The notes: a model not told the origin generated them from the letters alone. 64,000 bases of DNA from Octopus sinensis (GCF_006345805.1 NC_043000.1:134354001-134418000); one strand, 5' to 3'. Shown: positions 27,130 through 40,836, numbered from the stretch's first letter. A program made the numbers and translations.

Positions 27130-27490
27130 AAAGGACACTGTTGCACAGCAGCAAGATGTGGGCCTTAAGTGTCGAGAGCAAATAAAAACTAGAGAGAAAT
27201 GAATATGCTTGGCTTGATGTGTCATGCTAATGTCCATGAACAACTAAGTATGAATGAACTAAGAGACAAACTGGATATGAGAGGATCAGATGTATCATGC
27301 AATGCAAATAGAGGATGACAGCTGCATAATCAAGTGCTAAGTATTCCAAGTGAATGGTAGCAGTGAAAGAGGGAAACTGAAGAAGACATGGAATGAGGTG
27401 ATGAAAACGATTTCAAGATATAACATCTAAAGAAGAAGCTGACAGAGGATTGCATCAACTGGTACAAAATATTGCCATAGAAGTCCTGAT
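27130..27490 (+). mobile_element. Decayed RTE-clade LINE 3' fragment
   Basis: Remnants ..LRDKLDMRG.. and ..VNGSSERGKLKKTWNEVMK.. follow the RTE C-terminal pattern (G..GRGRPRKTW.EVV). Confidence 0.6.
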
Positions 27491-27555
27491 CTCCATCACA
27501 AACTTGAATAAATACTAATTGAAAAAGTGAGATAGTATATACATACTTCTCTGTC

Positions 27556-27840
27556 TACTGGCCTAGTGGTTAGAGCAGCGGACTCGCGGTCGAGGTATTG
27601 CAGGTTCGAATCTCAGACCGGGCGATGTGTGTGTTTATGAGCGAAACACCTAAGCTCCACGCGGCTCCGGCAGAAGGTAATGGCGAACTTCTGCTGACTC
27701 TTTCTCTCACTCTTTCCTCCTGCATCTTGCAGCTTACCTGTGACGGACTGGCGTCCCATCCAGGTGGGGAACTTATATGCCAAGGAAACCGGGAAACTGG
27801 CCCTTATGAGCCAGGCGTGGCTCAAGATGGAACAAACAGC
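27556..27840 (+). mobile_element. tRNA-derived SINE with Meta-domain-like 3' part
   Basis: A box TGGCCTAGTGG, B box GGTTCGAATCT; cctgtgacggactggcgtcccatccagg..ggaaaccggga resembles the MetaSINE domain as I recall it; second copy at 44470-44749. Confidence 0.7.
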
Positions 27841-28212
27841 AAAAACGAACTACTGGCTATTCTATACCCTCAGATCCTCCTACCATTTTGCACACCATCC
27901 TTTCTTTTACCCTCATATCTTTCACTCATTGTAACATACCACCCATAAATGAAAGGCAGGCACTCAATCTATGTATGTTAAATATCTCTCCTTCCCCATC
28001 CAGCTTCAAAAACCATGTCAACAATGGGATACTACAACAAGACATAATCCCTCAACTCACTGAAACCTGTTGAACAGTTTAACTCATTATCAGCATGGAA
28101 AGTGGATGTAAAATAATGATTTTGTATGTGTGTGTGCATGTGTGCATGCACATACACACATACACACACAAACACATATACTTACATTCATACATTAAAT
28201 ATATATATATTC

Positions 28213-28404
28213 ACCTGTGCCGGTGGCACGTAAAAAGCACCCACTACACTCTCGGAGTGGTTGGCGTTAGGAAGGGCATCCAGCTGTAGAAACACTGCCA
28301 GATCAGACTGGAGCCTGGTGCAGCCTCCTGGCTTCCCAGACCCTGGTCGAACCATCCAACCCATGCTAGCATGGAAAACGGACATTAAACGATGATGATG
28401 ATGA
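28213..28404 (+). mobile_element. Family B element
   Basis: Colinear with 4081-4430, 3' part. Confidence 0.8.
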
Positions 28405-29484
28405 TTCACACACATATATACACATAAATACACACATATTACATATATACACAAATATAAATGTGTATACACACAGACACACACTTACACATACATGTAT
28501 GTGTGTAAGTGTAAACAAATAATAAATACAAATTCCAGTATAGAACAACTATAAAAAACACAAGCATTCACATGAGTTTTTGATCACACATCCATGCAAA
28601 ATGAAACATTCATTCAAATACAAAACCAAGTACAATATCAGAAATGAGAAAGGATGCCACTGGAATGAGAAAGATAATCAATATGGAAATTGCAAACCAG
28701 TCCATGCCTTTTCATTCATTTCTGTTATATACTCTCCAATATTTGGAATGTGTCTTGAACCTTGAAGAAAACTAGAACCCGGTTACTGTGGTTTTGCGTT
28801 TGGTTATTTCAAAACTACGAGTACATGTGAAACTGCTATAATAATGTTATATACTACTTAGTACTCTTCAAGTAATACAAGTGGAATGTGATCTTGATCG
28901 GAGTCATATATCATGACAGCCATCCATCGAGATAAAATTACAGAAATATAGCCAATAACAGATTTTCACTAGAGGCAGAGGCTCAAATAGCTTGCCAAGT
29001 ATGACACATCTCCCCTGTGGCCATTAACAGAAGAGAGAATAATACAATTTCCTAGTCATACAAAAGATATGCTAACACAGGAAAAAAAGGACGGGATATT
29101 TAAAAAAAGAATAAAATAACTTGATATTATGTCAAAACAAAAAGGGAAGGAAAAAAGTTTTAAAACCAGACACAAAATAAGGATGATTTTTGTAGGAATA
29201 TTAATTTTATTTGGGACAGAATGCAAGTATAAAATACATGATAGCCACAAGTTTGAAAGCTTAGAGGATAGAAAACTAATGCTGTTCATTTTAGAAGTAG
29301 ATTTCACATGGTAACCAGTCATAAACTTAAATTGTGACATGAAACATGTATATTATTTTCAGATGGACTAGAAACAGCACGTTCCATATTTCAACATGAT
29401 TTTAACATAATCAAAAAGAAAATATTACTCCCATTTTAGACATCTAGTAAAAACATTATCATTTTAATAGTACAAAATATTTAA

Positions 29485-29873
29485 CCCTTTCGTTATTGTA
29501 TTTTTTTTTTTTTTGAGAAGCTCTGTGTTTCTTTTAATTACTTTAAATATAACCGGTGGCCGGCCGGTGCCTCTGGCACGTAAAAAGCACCCAGCCGTAG
29601 AAACATTGCCAGATCAGACTGGGCCTGGTGCAGCCTTCTGGCTTCCCAGACCCCAGTTGCACCGTCCAACCCATGCCAGCATGGAAAGCGGACGCTAAAC
29701 GATGATGATGATAACAAATAATTTAGTAAAATAATTTTGTTATCAGTCAGCTAGTGTTAGAAACATGAAATTGTGATTAAGGTTTGGTGGAAGATTTTAA
29801 TTCAAAACTTATGATAACAAGACATTTGTATTCAGAGCCAGAGCCGATTTCAGCCGGGTTGGTAACGAAAGGG
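29485..29873 (-). mobile_element. piggyBac-type MITE P1 interrupted by a family B element
   Basis: TIRs and TTAA intact; family B insert at about 29552-29710. Confidence 0.8.
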
Positions 29874-29985
29874 TTAAATTTATAAAACTGTCAAACCCAT
29901 GAAAGTTTAGAGAAAAATAGAAAGCAGAAAGAAAATGGATTAGAAAGAAGCAGGCACCTCAATATGTGATTAGATGTTCTATTAA

Positions 29986-30203
29986 CCCTTTCATTACCAA
30001 CCCGGCTGAAACCGGCTCTGGCTCACATTACAAATATCTTGTTTTCAAAAGTTTTCAATTAAAATCTTTCATCAAACCTTAGCCACAATTTATGTTCCTA
30101 ACACTAGCTTAATGATAACTAAGTTATTTTACTAAATCCTTTGTTATATTTAAAGTAATTGAAAGAAACAAAGCATCTCAAAATAAATACTCTAACGAAA
30201 GTG
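29986..30203 (+). mobile_element. piggyBac-type MITE P1
   Basis: TTAA flanks, colinear with 1234-1451. Confidence 0.85.
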
Positions 30204-30556
30204 TTAATGCTACCTCATCAAATATTGGTGCCTTTCAGTTAGACAGCTTGACATAAGCTCTATATATTTATGTATACTTTCATAAACATGTTCGGCATTG
30301 AGTTGCAAGGAAAAAGGAAACTGTTGTTACTGAAATGTGTCTAATATAGAAACCATATTGGTAATGTGGAATATTGTGAAAGCAATTTAGATTGAGAGCA
30401 AACACCGACATTTAATTCACCATTTCCAGTTTACTTTAAGAGTAAAAAAAAAAATTAGGGAAATATCATTTTACTCTTCCAAATGATATTAAAGTTTCTA
30501 ATTACCATTTTACTTCGATGTTTTTCTCAAACCTAGAGGATCAACAATAAAGTGGT

Positions 30557-31007
30557 TTAACCCTCTAGCATTTAAACCAGCCATATCTGGCCCAAATATT
30601 CTACCTGTTTTACATTCAAAGCAGCCAGACCTAGATTCTTACATCTATCCTACAATATAATTTTTAAAATAAGCAATCACTTCATCGTAATCTCAAAACT
30701 CCAAGATAATGCATGATTGATTTAACCCTTTAGTGTTCAGATTATTCTGTCAAATGTGATGTTTGTTTATTTATATTGTTTTGAATTAATCATGCATTAT
30801 CTTGTAGTTTAGAGATTACAGTGATGTGGTTTTTTAGTTTTAGAATGACATGGTAGGGCTGAGGTGAGAAGTGAGATCTGGTCAGTTTCAATATAAAACA
30901 GGTTAAATATTCTGGCCGGATATGGCCAGTTTGAATACTAAAGGGTTAAAACAATGTGAATAAATATGCATTACATTTGACAGAATAACCTGAATATTAA
31001 AGCGTTA
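30557..31007. mobile_element. piggyBac-type MITE family P2, inverted copy nested in a forward copy
   Basis: Forward copy broken at about 30722-30948 by a TTAA-flanked reverse copy; relatives at about 4830-5030, 7212-7830, 36692-36918 and 38255-38452. Confidence 0.75.
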
Positions 31008-31454
31008 ATGTCCCAACAACGAAGTGTTTAGTGTCCAAACAATAACCGGTCTTTGTGAAATTTCAAATCTGAATCTCTTTAGGACTGATTTAACCTTTGT
31101 CACTGAATAGCTTGTTAAAACAAATATTGCCAATAAGCTAGGATAAATAATAAAAAATGCATAAGACGTAACACTGTATCACTACCTCAAATTAGGAAAT
31201 TATGTAATATCTCCAAGCATTGAAAGATTCATGTTATTATTCTTTTTATTCTTTTATTTGTTTCACTCATTTGACTGTGGCGGCCATGCTGGAGCACTGC
31301 CTTTTTAGTCGAACAAATCAACCCGAGAACTTATTCTTTGTAAGCCTAGTACTGATTCTATCAATCTCTTTTGCTGCTAAGTTATGGGGACGTAAACACA
31401 CCAACACTGGTTGTCAAGCGATGATGGTGGGCACAAACACACACACACATCATC

Positions 31455-31490
<36 letters not shown>

Positions 31491-34147
31491 ACACACACAC
31501 ACATATATATATTAAATTTACCCAAGGTCCCACATAGTGGGACTGAACCTGGAACCATGTAAGATAGGAAGCAACCTTCTTACCACACAGCCACATATAT
31601 AAATATATGTGCACGCACATGTGAACAACAGGATTCTTTCAGTTTCCCTCTATCAAATTCACTTATATAGTTTTTAATCAGCTCAGGGATATAGAAGACA
31701 CTTGCTCCAAGGTGCCAGGCAGTGGCATTGAACCCCAAACCTTGTGGTTGGAGAGCCATCTTCTTACCACAGTCACACCTGCATCTATTCATATGATGTA
31801 TAACTTAATTATTTCTAACTTAGGCACAAGGCCAGCAATTTTGATGTGAAGAGAGTTGTTGATTACATTCACCTCAGCAGTTGACTAGTACTTTATTTTA
31901 CTAACCCTGGGGAGATGAAAGGCAAAGTTGACCTCAATGGGATTTGAACTCGCAATGTAAAGATCTAAAAGAAATAGCAAAAAGCATTTATTCCTACACA
32001 CTAAGAATCCTGCCACCTCACTGGCATCATATGATAATTTAATAAAAACAAAATTGCTATCCTCCAGCATTCATACTTTACACTTACTGCTTCTCTATTG
32101 ATCTGTCTAGCTATATACAGTCTTACATGCCAAGATAAGAAAATATCTAACTTGTGACTCTTTCAGTTTACACTCATCTTCAATTAATAATGAAAACGAT
32201 AATAGCCTTGAAAGTTTCAGGAAAATCCTGTACTTTCTCAAAGAATAGAACATTCCTGCATTCTTAACAGAAAAGTTGGCATCATTGCAATGCAAGATTC
32301 TTGGGATTCTTTGACCTCATCACACTGGACAGGACACAATTAGATTTATATGACTATGAAGTGTGCATTGGGAAAAATGGACACTTTTCACTCCTTTCTG
32401 GTTTTTCTTCCTTATTCAGCTACATCTTTCTAGCTCTGTCATTCTCTTTATCTCTCAACCTATCTCTCTCATTGACTCTTATTCAAACATTTTGTAGTAT
32501 ATTATATAGCAAATAAAATATAAGCAAATAATATTCTTTTCTATCTAGAAGCACATGATAATGCTAGTTTTTTTTTTTGTTTTTGCTTTTTTTTTCTTAT
32601 GACATTAAACACAAATATGAGTAAAATCATGATTTTATATCTCAATTTGACCAAAACATTCTTCTTTTTTTTTTTTCTATAAGCATATTTGTATTCAACA
32701 AAATTAGAAATTTTCATACAACCTCAACTTTTTTCTTGCTTTTTAATACCATTATTTAGAATATGTAGATATTACTATTTACTCAGTATTCAAAAATCTT
32801 CCTCAGTATGCAAAGGAGTTCTTTATAAACTCTAATTTTAGATTGTATAGGATTCCGTTGCAGCATATGAAAACATGATCGCAGGGACTGTGTTATTGCA
32901 TTTGTTGCTGATAGTAGAAATTTTATAGAGATATTCATATCTTTGTATTGACCATCTGATTCAAAATTGAATTCTTATTTAGCTCTTATCAACACAGAGT
33001 TGATATTCAGAGTAAAAAGTATCCCCACAAAGGAAGTGGCACAGATATGGTTGTGTGGTTAAAAAGTTTGCTTCATACCTGCATAGTTTTAGGTTCCAGC
33101 TTATTGCACAGCATTTTGGCCAAGCATCTTCTGAAAGGACATACAGTTAACCAAGGCCTTGCGAATGAAGTTTCGTAGACAGGGGATGTGAGGAAGCCTG
33201 TCAGAGAGGCTGTTTCTATTCTTGGTTGGGAGACTTAATACATCATTTAGTTTAACACTATCCACTCGGCACTTGGATGTTTTCAATCAAATTCACTCTG
33301 TTATAAGCATATGAGTTAAGTTTCTGGTCAGAGAACAACTTACTCCATTAATCCCAGACATCTCAGAAGTTCCTAAAAAGAGTCATGGATGTGGCTCTCT
33401 TTTTCTTGCTAGACCCCCCCCCCACCCCCCCAAAAAGCAGAAAGAAAGCAACCTACCACCACCTCACCTCCCTTTCAGAGACATGAACTTACAGCTAATT
33501 TGAATACTTAAAAGTATTGAAAAGCGTAGTAGTATCATCATTTTAGTGTCATAGTGTTTTTTTCATAACAATGTCATGAGACTCAGCTCAATGGTTACAT
33601 GATGGAGACTATTTAACATGGCTGCCTTTTCAGAGTTGATTTTTTTTCTCTTTTTTATGTCATGCTTTTACTTGGTTATTCAGTTAACACCATGGGATGA
33701 TATAATAGGCCACATATGACTATTATTTTACTTTGATAAACATTTTGTTATAAAATTACATTAATAACCTTGAACAAGGCCCCGCTATCTGGAATTATGT
33801 TTGGTAATAATAATTTCTTCTAATTGACAAAATTATCTCATTTCCTAATCAGAAAACTGAAAATAGCAACTGGGAAAGAAAACAGCACATATACGTAAAT
33901 TCCAAAATATTAGCTTAATACTTGGGGATTTTCCTTGCAATGTAAGATTCTGACATAGAGCGATAAAAATAAACTTCAGCTAGCAACTGATATTTCACTG
34001 TTCGATACTGGTTATTGAAAACATTGATTTGTTTAAAGATCTCAGGATACAATCAATGCTACATTGCAGTTTTAGTTTTTAATCAAATGACTTTAAATCA
34101 AATGACATTCAGTATTTATTTTTAAATGACTGACTCGTTCCCTCTCC

Positions 34148-34203
<56 letters not shown>

Positions 34204-34290
34204 AATGAATACAAGTAACAAAAACCAATAAAAGTCCAATGGATGTCCACAGTTACTATTATTAGGATGGTGCTCAAAGTAGGAGTAAAA

Positions 34291-34325
34291 GTATAACATT
34301 TTGGACACAGTCCTTCATCAGATAC
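34291..34325 (-). ncRNA. Decayed minimal hammerhead ribozyme
   Basis: Minus strand guau-CUGAUGA-a-ggac ugu gucc-aAAA-u-GUU-auac; stems I and II perfectly paired; the two core changes are CpG-decay transitions. Confidence 0.65.
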
Positions 34326-34870
34326 AAGAAGAAAGTCCAGGACAGACTAGGAAGAGGAAAGGAGTTATAAATATAAAATAAGAGAAAAGAGCACAAAAAA
34401 TATGAATATACATTAGGTTCGTGTCTACGTGTCAGAATCAGTCTGTGTGCATGTGCGTGTGTGTGTGCACGCATGCACCTCTACACAGAAGCACACATAC
34501 ACACACATATGCACAAACTTATATATATGAAACTTAGATGTTATCTTGTGCATATTAGCTGGATACTTTTTAACTGGCACTATCAATAACATCTGTTCTC
34601 TATTTGTTTCTATTTTGGTTTTAACATGCACAGAAAACATTTGTGCATTTCCAATTTATGCCAGATATGCATGCTTAGAAATTTCTATAAAATATAATTT
34701 ATAACCAGTAAACATTGTTATACATAAATTGTTATTGTTTTGTGAAGTAACATGATTTCTAAGTCTTAATTTAGTAGTTTATACTTCATGGGACAACAAA
34801 GAAAAAACAGAAATGGAAAGAAAAGAAAATGGTTATGCTGTAAAAAAAATAAATGAAATAAATCCTTTAC

Positions 34871-34954
34871 CTGCTTCTTGGAAGAAACATTGAACCTTCA
34901 ATAAAAACTGATCCAGATAACAAGATGTACCAACAGGTGCTTAATTCCCCCTGA
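34871..34954 (-). CDS. RAPGEF2: Internal coding exon of a Rap guanine nucleotide exchange factor 2/6 (PDZ-GEF) ortholog; part of the N-terminal cNMP-binding-like domain
   Basis: 84-nt exon with strong acceptor (ttcctttattcttttgcag) and donor (cag|gtaaag), phase 2 to phase 2. The only open frame reads QGELSTCWYILLSGSVFIEGSMFLPRS, closely matching vertebrate RAPGEF2 as I recall it (..GTCWYILLSGSVFIKESMFLPRSS). RAPGEF2 versus RAPGEF6 cannot be separated; an invertebrate likely has one co-ortholog. Confidence 0.92.
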
Positions 34955-35318
34955 CTGCAAAAGAATAAAGGAATATACAGTTTTATGAAGAAAACATATG
35001 AAGAAAATTTAAATTAGAAGATGATAATAGAAAAATGTCAATTATTTGAAATATTTCAAGCACCACAATTATTAGTCTCAATTTTTGTAGATTATTGTAA
35101 AACATGTTGGTTCTCTCAAAGAATTATTGTTTTATTTTATTTTCTTGCTCATTATTTAAAAGATTAAAATGAAATAATAATTGCACTGACATGCTATAAA
35201 TATTTGTTCCAAGAATCCAGAGAATTTTCCAAAATTCTATAGGCAAAGGTGTGGCTATACAGTTAAGAAGCTTTGTGAGCTCAGATTCAATCCCACTGCA
35301 GGGCACTTTGGACTAGTG

Positions 35319-35512
35319 CAGCAGTTCTCAACTGTGGGTCCCAGGATCACATGCAGCTCTCAGGCATCCTTCTGGCAGACCCCAACATTTTCTCCTCTTT
35401 AAATATAACAAATTTTTCTTTAATTGACTTGTGTTTAACTTTTTGCTGTGGACCCCTAAAAGAAACCAGGTTTTGGATTTGGCCCGGATATTAAAAAGGT
35501 TGAAAACCACTG
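35319..35512. mobile_element. hAT-type MITE inside a decayed SINE
   Basis: TIRs cagcagttctcaac / gttgaaaaccactg. Confidence 0.65.
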
Positions 35513-36210
35513 AGTGGGCTAGTTTTCTTCTACTAATAAGACCTGGACTGACCAAAGTCTTCTGAGTGAATTTGGTAGATGGAAACTGAAAGAAGCCCAT
35601 TGTGAGTGAGTATCCCCTTTTCTAGATATCATGTGATGGTTATAAGTAAACACTGCCATCATACAAGTGAGGTTGTTTGTTTCCAGTCTTCCATGAAAAA
35701 CATGTCTAAATATTGGGGAAATATTATCTTGCTTGGAAAAAGGTGAGGGTTGGCAACAGGAAGGGTAATTGATCATAGAAAATCTACCTCAACAAATTCT
35801 GTCCAATCCATGCAAATACAGAGAAGTGGATGTCAAATGAATTAGTCTTGCATCCAAAAATATAAATGGCAACTAAAATTGTTATCCCATATCATCAAAT
35901 TATGAATCTAGATGTTATTTTTGTTGAATTTTCTAAATGCAAATACTGCACTTAATATACTTATTACTTTAAAGATTACACATACTTACAATTAATTTTA
36001 CATCTGTTTACTTAGCTGGCTACATTTTCAACTCAACATAACCACAAAATATTACTTTTAAAAGACTCAAGAAATAAATATATGCATCTTATTAAATTAT
36101 AAACCAGTCTTAGAGAATCAGTAAGTTTATTTAGTAAGCCTAACATCAAAAATAAAATTAAAAGCTTATATGTATTTGACTATAAAAATCCTGAAGAAAA
36201 AATGCATTCA

Positions 36211-36460
36211 GTCAAAGCAAAACATGGAAATAACTGTGCATAATATTTTTATACAATAGTTTGTAAGACACGTATATGTAGTCATAGCAGGAAACAGAAA
36301 TGACTGTATATAATATTTTTATACTATAGTTTTAAGATACATAGAGTACATATATTTAGCCATAGCAGGAAACAAATGACGGTTTACAATACTTTTTATA
36401 GCTTAAAGGATATATGTTGTCAAAGCAAGAAACAGAAATGATTGTTTAAAATATATTTGT
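36211..36460. repeat. Diverged minisatellite, four ~60-80 bp units
   Basis: Units start gtcaaagcaa / gtcatagcagg / gccatagcagg / gtcaaagcaag. Confidence 0.7.
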
Positions 36461-36471
36461 TGTGCCTTTCA

Positions 36472-36691
36472 CCCTTTCGTTACCAACCCAGCGGAAACCG
36501 GCTCTGGCTCTGAGTACAAATGTCTTGTTTTCATAAGTTTTGAATTAAAATCTTCCACCAAACCTTAGTCACAATTTATGTTCCTAACACTAACTGAATG
36601 ATAACTAAGTTATTGCACTAAATGCTTTGTTATATTTAAAGTAATTGAAAGAAATACAGAGCATCTCAAAATAAATACAGTAACGAAAGGG
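36472..36691 (+). mobile_element. piggyBac-type MITE P1
   Basis: Colinear with 1234-1451; right TTAA is shared with an adjacent P2 copy. Confidence 0.85.
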
Positions 36692-38509
36692 TTAACATTT
36701 AAACCAGCCCCATCCAATCCAAATACTCTACCTGCGTTATGGTCAAACTAGCCAGATCCAGCATTTCACACCAACCCTACAATGTCATTCTAAAAGTTAA
36801 CTAGCAGATCATCAAGATCATTAAACTCTTGAAGGCACAAGATAATGCATGATTAATTCAAAACAATGTGAATAAAAGAGCATTACATTTGACAGAATAA
36901 TTTGAATGCTAAGGGTTTAAAATATGTAGGATCAAAAGATTTTTACTTAGAATGAGTAACTCAATATAGCAGCTCCTAAATCACAGTCGGTGAGTACCCC
37001 AGTTATTACCACGATTTACAAAAGAATTTTGTTATTCCCTACACTGACAATGTTTAATGATACAAACTTCAAAATGAACTCTCGATTAAAAAATTCTCAA
37101 AGCTTACTTTATGTGTTTTATACATTGATCTAACTCCACAAAATAATAACCATAAATATTGTAATAATGACTGTTTCTGGTTGAGACACAAACCCAGAAT
37201 TGTAAGGGGAAGGGTTTAGCCAATAATATCAACCCCAGTACTTAGCTGATACTCTATTTCTACCCCAGAGGTATGAAAGGCAAAGTTAACCTCAGGAGGA
37301 ACTGAACTCAGAAAGTAAATAGTTTAAAGAAATACCTTCAGGTATGTTATCCAACCCTTTAATGATTCCGCTAGCTCCCTTCCATATATAATCAACCCAA
37401 GAAGAATAAAAGGTAAAGCTGATCTCAGAGTATTTCAACGATGAAATGAAATACAAGTGTATACTTTCAATTGCTACCTTAAAGCAACTGGATTAAAATA
37501 CTTAAGCTTGCAGCAAAACGAAAATTGGTAAAATACAGTAAATACTAAAAAGTTAGATTTCTAAGCAGAAATGTCAAGTCAATTTGTGTGTTACTGGCAA
37601 TATGCAATCCTATACACCCATAGTATTCTGCAACAAAACTAACATATCCACCAAGCTAGCATGGTGAAGAAGGATGCTAGGAACTCAGAAGACCAAAAAT
37701 AAGACCTGTCAAGAAAGACCTATAATCCTAGTCAATGATTATCTAGCAATAGTACAGGAAAACCGGAATTACAACCGTGTTTCGTGGTCTGCTACCACAA
37801 CAGCTCCTTTATAGGATCCAGTTAGCTCAAGACATCATCAAGAGGAACCACGTCTGGTTTCAGCCCCTACTCCTCTACCGTTTTGACGTGGCAGGGTCCC
37901 CCCTTTCGGAGGTATCTTCAGCTCTGGTGTTGGGTGCATGTCTTCTTTCTTCTGTTCCCTGGCCTCTTCGATGTAGCATCAGCGAGTGTCAGCTGGTGAC
38001 TGACTGACTTGTCAAATTTTTTGCCTTTAAATATTAAGTTTGGTGAATAAGCCTTCAGTAAAACCACTTTCAGGATGATGGACACTTTGTGCTTCTTAGA
38101 ACATCTGTCTTGGAGAAAGATAGACAGGGTCTTTTAGCCATGTTTTGGGCAATCTATCTGCACTGCCTCTGTGCCATGTTGTTGAGTCCAAGAAGACAAC
38201 AATTAGAGGAGTACAGCTTGAATGAAAAACATGCTATGGGGATCAGCTTTCACTCTAGCATTCAAATTATTTTGTCAAATGTATTGCTTATTTATTCACA
38301 AATTGTCTTGTAGCTTCAAGATTTTGATGATGTGACTTTATTTTTAGAATGTCATTGTAAGGTAGAAGTCAGGGGCTAGCTCTCGCCAGTTTGAACATAA
38401 AACATGCAGAATACTCTGGCTAGATATGCCTGGTTTAAATGCTAAAGGGTTAAGGCAGTTACTGACAGATTAGATATTTGACAGCTTCCTGTAGCTGAGA
38501 GGAGGTACC

Positions 38510-38770
38510 ATTCATGTTAAGTTACCCTACCACTGGATCTATCTCCTTCACAACTACCACTATAACATTTCATTGCATACCTATCTCTTGTAATGTGTTT
38601 CAAGGGTCCATATAAGAGGAGAAAATGCTGTTGTGGCAGCTGGGGTATCACACACACAACTGCAACAATGGAATACTGACATTTCTGTAAGTTTCCACGC
38701 TTGCGAGGATATATGTCAGGTGTTGAGTAGGTAGTAGCAGTTATGATTCTCTGGTGACCCACACAGTTGC
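38510..38770 (-). mobile_element. Probable decayed RTE LINE 3' fragment
   Basis: HITRDRYAMKCYSGSCEGDRSSGR resembles the RTE HV.R....K....G.VEG.R.RGR motif. Confidence 0.4.
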
Positions 38771-39647
38771 ATCCTCCATTGACATTCCTCTTTAATTTGT
38801 ATACTCATTAAGGAATTGACAAATGAAAGGGATTGATTGGAATTTAGTCATCAAACAAGCAATTAATGGAGAAGATGATACGATAAATCGTATCATCAAA
38901 CTCAATGGACTGCAAGGAAGCAAACATTTATGATGGAGAAAGTGTCAAGGGAGTGTCTGTAACATGGCACAGAACAGATATCAAAAAGGACTATTTGTGG
39001 GTGGGGGTGGGGTAGGTACCAATGAGCTTCAACAATAGATACACTCTTACACATGCAGATACACACACACACACATACACACTAATGAATGAATTATGGA
39101 CAAATGAATGGACAGATAGACAAAGACGGACAACATCCAAACCCTTACTATCATACGAAATTCCACTCACAAGGGTAATTGGGTAAATCAAGACTATCTT
39201 TTATCTTTTACTTGTTTCAGTCATCAGACAGCAGCCATGATGGGGCACTGCTTTCAAGAATTTTCAGTCGAATGAATCAACCTTAGTACTTATTTTTTAA
39301 AAGCTTGGTATTTATTTTATCTCTTTTGCTGAACTGCTAAGTTACAGGGACATAAACGCAACAACACCAGTTGTCAAGCAGTGGTCAGGGACAGATACAA
39401 AGACACACACATGTAGATATTTATATGATGGGCTTCTTTCAGTTTCTGTCATCCAAATCCACTTACAAGCTTTGGTTGGCCTGAAGATATAGCAGAAAAC
39501 TCTTGCCCAAGTTGCCATGCAGTGGGACTGAACCCAGAACCATGTAGTTGGAAAGTAAACTTCTTACCACATAGCCATGCCTTTGCCTAAGATCATGCAC
39601 AAGGGGATCAAACCCAGAACCACAAATTTGCGAAGGATACTTCTTAA

Positions 39648-39868
39648 CCCTTTTGTTACCAACCTGGCTGAAACCAGCTCTGGCTCTGTAGTACAAATGT
39701 CTTGTCTTCATAAGTTTTGAATTAAAATCTTCCACCAAACCTTAGCCACAATTTATGTTCCTAACACTAGCTGAATGATAACTAAGTTATTTTACTAAAT
39801 TCTTTGTTAGATTTAAAGTAATTGAAAGAAACACAGAGCATCTCAAAATAAATACAGTAACAAAAGGG
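39648..39868 (+). mobile_element. piggyBac-type MITE P1
   Basis: TTAA flanks, colinear with 1234-1451. Confidence 0.85.
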
Positions 39869-40727
39869 TTAATCATACAACCATGCCAGGATCCATAGTT
39901 ATGATATTCTAATTTGGAGGCATAGCTGTATCACTTTGGTGAAATATATCTTTCTCCATTCTCTGTAAGTCTATGAGAAGATTTATTAAACTAGTTTAAT
40001 TTTGAATATTGTCAGATCTTAGAACACAAATAACAAGAACTCTTCTACAATATCTAAAAACATGATATGCTTTATATTTTTGTATATTTTTGTAACTATA
40101 TTTACACAGAAAACAACTAAAACTAATATAAATAGCTAGTTTCCAATCATAGATAAAACTATCACAGAACCACTGTGAATTCTGCCTTTTATCAATGAAC
40201 CAAAGTTATTTACTAACCGCTGTAAAAGGCATGTGGTTTCTATGATTCAAGTAAAGTAATATCATGCAGGCTTTATTGAAATAAAATAAACCCCTCTAAC
40301 TCTCATTAATAACATTTAGAAAACATGGTGTTCCACTGATATTTCCAATTATAAAACTGATAATGGAATTAATGCAAAACATTTACAAATATAACTATTC
40401 CAGAAGCCAAAAATACTCTTCAAATCAGTGTCAGGTGAAGGAAAACAGCTGCTAACAATAAAATTATTCAGGCATTTGAAGAAATCTTTATGGTAACATA
40501 TATCAAAATTAATAGCATCTTTACCTAGTGAAGCTTTTACTTATAAAACAACAATAGCAATTTGAATTTTCCTCTCTTTCATAATTACTTTGACATTTGA
40601 AACAATCTTATTCATACACAATACGAAAACTAAAAATAATTTAAAACCTAATACTCTCAGATCTGAAATCATTTTCAAAACAGAGACTGAATGCATCAGT
40701 TACATAGTAAAATTGTATGTATGTATG

Positions 40728-40761
<34 letters not shown>

Positions 40762-40786
40762 TATCTATATATATATATATATATAC

Positions 40787-40836
<50 letters not shown>

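Larger units (their letters stand above)
1..34870 (-). other. Intron of the RAPGEF2/6-like gene (at least 34.8 kb, next conserved exon not found)
   Basis: Manual search for the expected next exon (phase 2, FGKR...LEPSEMIV) found no match on the minus strand. I may have missed a diverged exon. Confidence 0.55.

Noticed and set aside
27559-27620. tRNA-like A and B boxes
   Set aside because: No complete cloverleaf; continues into SINE body and has a second copy, so a SINE head rather than a tRNA gene.
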